Below are positions 60,569 through 64,000 of a DNA stretch of 64,000 nucleotides, in pieces (within the stretch, counting starts at the first letter, position 1; each line of letters starts with the position of its first letter). The DNA comes from Leucoraja ocellata. Its lineage: Eukaryota. The notes beneath the pieces are model-generated. The model worked only from the letters and a program-made list of their open reading frames with translations. It made no database searches and was not told the origin of the DNA. Both the position numbers and the translations under genes were made by a program. The stretch covers positions 1,612,001 through 1,676,000 of the forward strand of contig JAWMAR010000077.1 in NCBI GenBank assembly GCA_036785375.1, written 5' to 3'.

Positions 60569-62199
60569 GAAGTTCCATCGGTCTGCGAAAAGCTGGAACA
60601 TGTGGCTGGTGAACTGCTGACCGTTGTCAGTTCTCAGGCAAACACGAATGCCATAGGCAGAGACGTGTCTCTTCAGCTTCTTGATGACCATCTCAGACAT
60701 GAGGGAGGTCAGTTGGTCTAGTTCAATTCAATTAGAAAAGGAATCGACCAGAACGAGATAGTGCTTTCCGCACCATTCGAAAATATCTGCCGCCAGCGAC
60801 GCCCAGGGCAGTGCTGGTGGTGGTTGTTGTTGCAGAAGGGGCTGCCGCTGCTGATGAGGCGCAAGGTTGGTGCGGGGCAGGAGGCTATGCGGTCCCAAAT
60901 GTACTCGGCCATCCCCGGCCAGTAGAACAGACCACGAGCGCGTGCCAGTGTAGAATCAGCCCCTGTGTACCTCTTTGAAGAATTCATCTCGCAATGATGA
61001 GGGTATCACCACCTTGTGACCCTTAACCACAACACCAACCTGTACCACCAGTTCATCACGTACCAGGAAGTACGGCTGTACCTCTGTGGGCGTGTCGGAT
61101 CGATTGTCTGGCCAGCCTGTTTTGATGATGGAGGAGAGGGTTTGAAGTGTATCGTCAGTCGCAGTGTGCGCGGCCAGGGCGTGCAGTTGCTTACTGGGGA
61201 CGAGGTCGACACCGAGGACCGTGAAATCCTCCTGTTCGCAAGATGCCCGAGGTGCACGGGAGAGAGTGTCAGCAACGTGCATGTCCTTACCCTTCTTGTA
61301 GGTAATGGTGAAGTCGTACCGCTGCAGCTGCAGCATCATGCGCTGCAAGCGAGCTGGCGCGGCTCGGATGGGCTTGTTCAGGATCGTCACCAGCGGTTGA
61401 TGGTCCGTCTCGACCGTGAATGTGTTGTCAAGGACGAAATCACGGAATTTGGTGCAGGCAAAAACGACAGCCAGCAGTTCCTTTTCGATTTGGGCGTAGT
61501 GCTGCTCTGTGTCGGTCATGGTGCGAGAGGCATATGCGACAGGTAGTAGAGTGCCGTCAGCAGATGGTTACAAGCAGGCTGCGCCGAGCCCGAATTTCGA
61601 GGCATCACATGTGATCGTCACAGGACGGTTCAGGTCGAAAAAAGTCAGAGTTGGTGCATTGGTCAGTTTAGATTTTAGAACATCAAAGGCAGCCTGATGT
61701 TGCGGGAACCATGACCATGCAGTGTCCTTTTTTGTCAGTTGCCGCAGTGTGGAGCTTATTTTGCTGAGGTTCGGTATAAACTTTCCGACATAGTTTACCA
61801 TGCCCAGAAAACGTTGCGGGCCTTTTACATCTGTGGGGCAGGCATCTCTGTGATGGCAGCAGCTTTCTTCGGATCGGGTTTAAGGCCATCAGGAGTAAAG
61901 ATGTGGCCAACATAGGAAACCGCTGGAACTCGGAACTTACACTTGTCAGGATTGAGCTTGAGGTTGATCTTGCGAGCGAGCGCGCTCCAAAATGAGCCTG
62001 AGATTGTGATTGTGTTCTGCTGCGTCTTTGCCATATACGAGGATATCATCGACAATAATGGCACTAGGCAGGCCCTCGAATAGATGCTCCATGGCTCTCT
62101 GGAAGACTTCACTTGCAGAGTTAATTCCAAACGGCATTCTCAGGAACTTATATCTGCGGAATGGGGTGGCAAATGTAGTGAGGCTTGATGACTTCTTGT

Positions 62200-62638
62200 A
62201 GAAACATAGAAACATAGAAATTTGGTGCAGGAGTAGGCCATTCGGCCCTTCGAGCCTGCACCGCCATTCAATATGATCATGGCTGATCATCCAACTCAGT
62301 ATCCCATCCCTGCCTTCTCTCCATACCCCCTGATCCCCTTAGCCACAAGGGCCACATCTAACTCCCTCTTAAATATAGCCAATGAACTCGCCTCAACTAC
62401 CCTCTGTGGCAGAGAGTTCCAGAGATTCACCACTCTCTGTGTGGAAAATGTTCTTCTCATCTCAGTTTTAAAGGATTTCCCCCTTATCCTTAAGCTGTGA
62501 CCCCTTGTCCTGGACTTCCCTAACATCGGGAACAATCTTCCTGCATCTAGCCTGTCCAACCCCTTAAGAATTTTGTAAGTTTCTATAAGATCCCCTCTCA
62601 ATCTCCTAAATTCTAGAGTATAAACCAAGTCTATCCAG
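62200..62638 (-). mobile_element. CR1 3' fragment in the Gypsy C RT
   Basis: TSD TCTTGT at 62194-62199 and 62639-62644. Confidence 0.9.
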
Positions 62639-63984
62639 TCTTGTCCAGCGGTATCTGCCAGAAAGAGTTCTTAGCATCAAGAACAGAAAATAGGGTGGCC
62701 ATTCCGACCTTTGTCGCAACATCCTCCACGGTCTTCATGGGATGGTGTGGGCGCTTAATGGCAGTATTCAGGTCTTTCGGGTTGATGCACAGACGGATTT
62801 TGTTCTTTCCCTTCTTGAATGTGGCAATCATGGTCTCGACTCAGTCGGTGGGGTCGCTGACTGCTTCAATTACGCCCATGGAGGTCATGTCCTTCAGCAT
62901 AGAGTGAACCCTGTCAGTCATGGCAAATGACAATCGGTGTGGGGCTCGGATGACGGGCGTCACATCGGGACCAGTAGTAATCCTGTAAATCACGGGCAAG
63001 CTGCCTCGGTTGTTGTCGAAGGGATCAGGAAATTCACTCAGCGGGTCAAACGAAATTTGTAATTAATGGACAGTTTTGTCAAAGGAAATCAGCCCCAGCT
63101 CTTGACAGGCACGATTACCAAGCAGGGTGGCTGAGTCAAAGTTCAGGATATAAAAGGTTAAAACCCTCGTGGATCTTTTCAGTACACATCTCAAGTTGGT
63201 TTTGCCCAGAGGAACCAATACCTTCCCTCCGAAAGCATGTAAAGTGGACCTGTCCTTGATAAGAGGCTCGTTAGTTCTAATTTTGTTGAAAAGATTGATT
63301 GACATTGTGTTTACCTTGGACCCCGTGTCTAATTTCGCGCCAAAGACCACATTGTTTACTGATATCATCACGGGCGGTTCTGGATTCCTCATGGCTAATT
63401 GCTGCAGAGAGTAGATGGGGTTAACAAAATCATCTTGAGAATTAATTGGGCTGTGGGCTGGAACAGCTGTGAGCTGGTAATTGTTGGGAGTAACAATGTT
63501 GCTGTCTAGTCGCAAAAAATTGAGATTAGACTTGGAGCTTGGCGAATCCCTCCCCCTAGCACGGATTGAGGCCCTACACACTGAAGCAAAGTGGGTTGGG
63601 TTTTTTTTGCAGTAATTGCATGTTTTCCCGAGGGTGGGGCAGGCTGATTGTCTGTTGTGTAAGTAATTGCAGTTAGGACATCTCTGCTGCGGACCGCTGC
63701 GAACCGCCTGACTAGCTTGGGTTGTAAATCGAATAGAATAGAATAGTTTCTTTACTGTCATTGTAACATGAACCATGTACAACGAAATTTAATCGCCTGT
63801 TATCTGTGTTTGTTCGCTGCCTAGTGGAGCCCATCTCATTGATTGTTTTTGTTTCATGCGAGCCTTCTATGGGGTCGATGAATTCAGCAGTTCTGCATGC
63901 GTGCACAGCTTCATCAACCGTCAAATCTGTCCGTCTCAGAAGCTCTGATCTGAGCTTTAAATCGCTCATGCCATTCGCTAATAT

Positions 63985-64000
63985 GTAGCAATGTTACAAA
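63985..64000. mobile_element. Terminus of a second copy of the 54953-55817 TIR family
   Basis: GTAGCAATGTTACAAA is the exact reverse complement of 55802-55817; runs off the window. Confidence 0.7.

Larger units (their letters stand above)
56955..63984 (-). mobile_element. Gypsy retrotransposon C (gag zinc knuckle, protease, RT, RNase H, integrase, PPT, 3' LTR 56955-57142), with several nested insertions
   Basis: CPNCNYLH..CNYCKK..HFASVC; KLDTGS; IVDDILV; TCDASKFG; YAQIEKE..TDHQPL; SSPEYPHSNGLAERAV; PPT AAGGGGGAAGGA then a TG..CA LTR. Confidence 0.9.

Overview
Vertebrate genomic DNA, most likely from a cartilaginous fish (skate/ray-like, inferred from CR1/HER1-type LINEs, HE1-type V-SINEs and V-gene similarity). 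The host content is part of a translocon-type antigen-receptor locus: six same-orientation (+) two-exon variable gene segments (leader exon, phase-1 intron, V exon). Each ends in IHWY...Y(Y/F)CAxW and is followed by a heptamer/23-bp spacer/nonamer RSS, which fits T-cell receptor gamma V segments (TRGV; labelled V1-V6 here in positional order). No D, J or C segments were found. The V genes fall into four subfamilies (V1/V4, V2, V3/V5, V6) and flanking homology points to an old cassette duplication. The rest is densely nested mobile DNA: a structurally complete but inactivated DIRS1-type tyrosine-recombinase retrotransposon (ITRs, internal complementary region, methyltransferase and YR domains), a Gypsy>hAT>Helitron>Rex1 nest, a CR1>Penelope>L1>Penelope-chimera nest, further Gypsy elements, many CR1 and Rex1 LINE fragments, SINEs, an unclassified TIR element, and about ten minimal hammerhead-ribozyme motifs carried by Penelope-derived repeats. 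Coordinates were counted by hand; repeat boundaries without TSDs are approximate.
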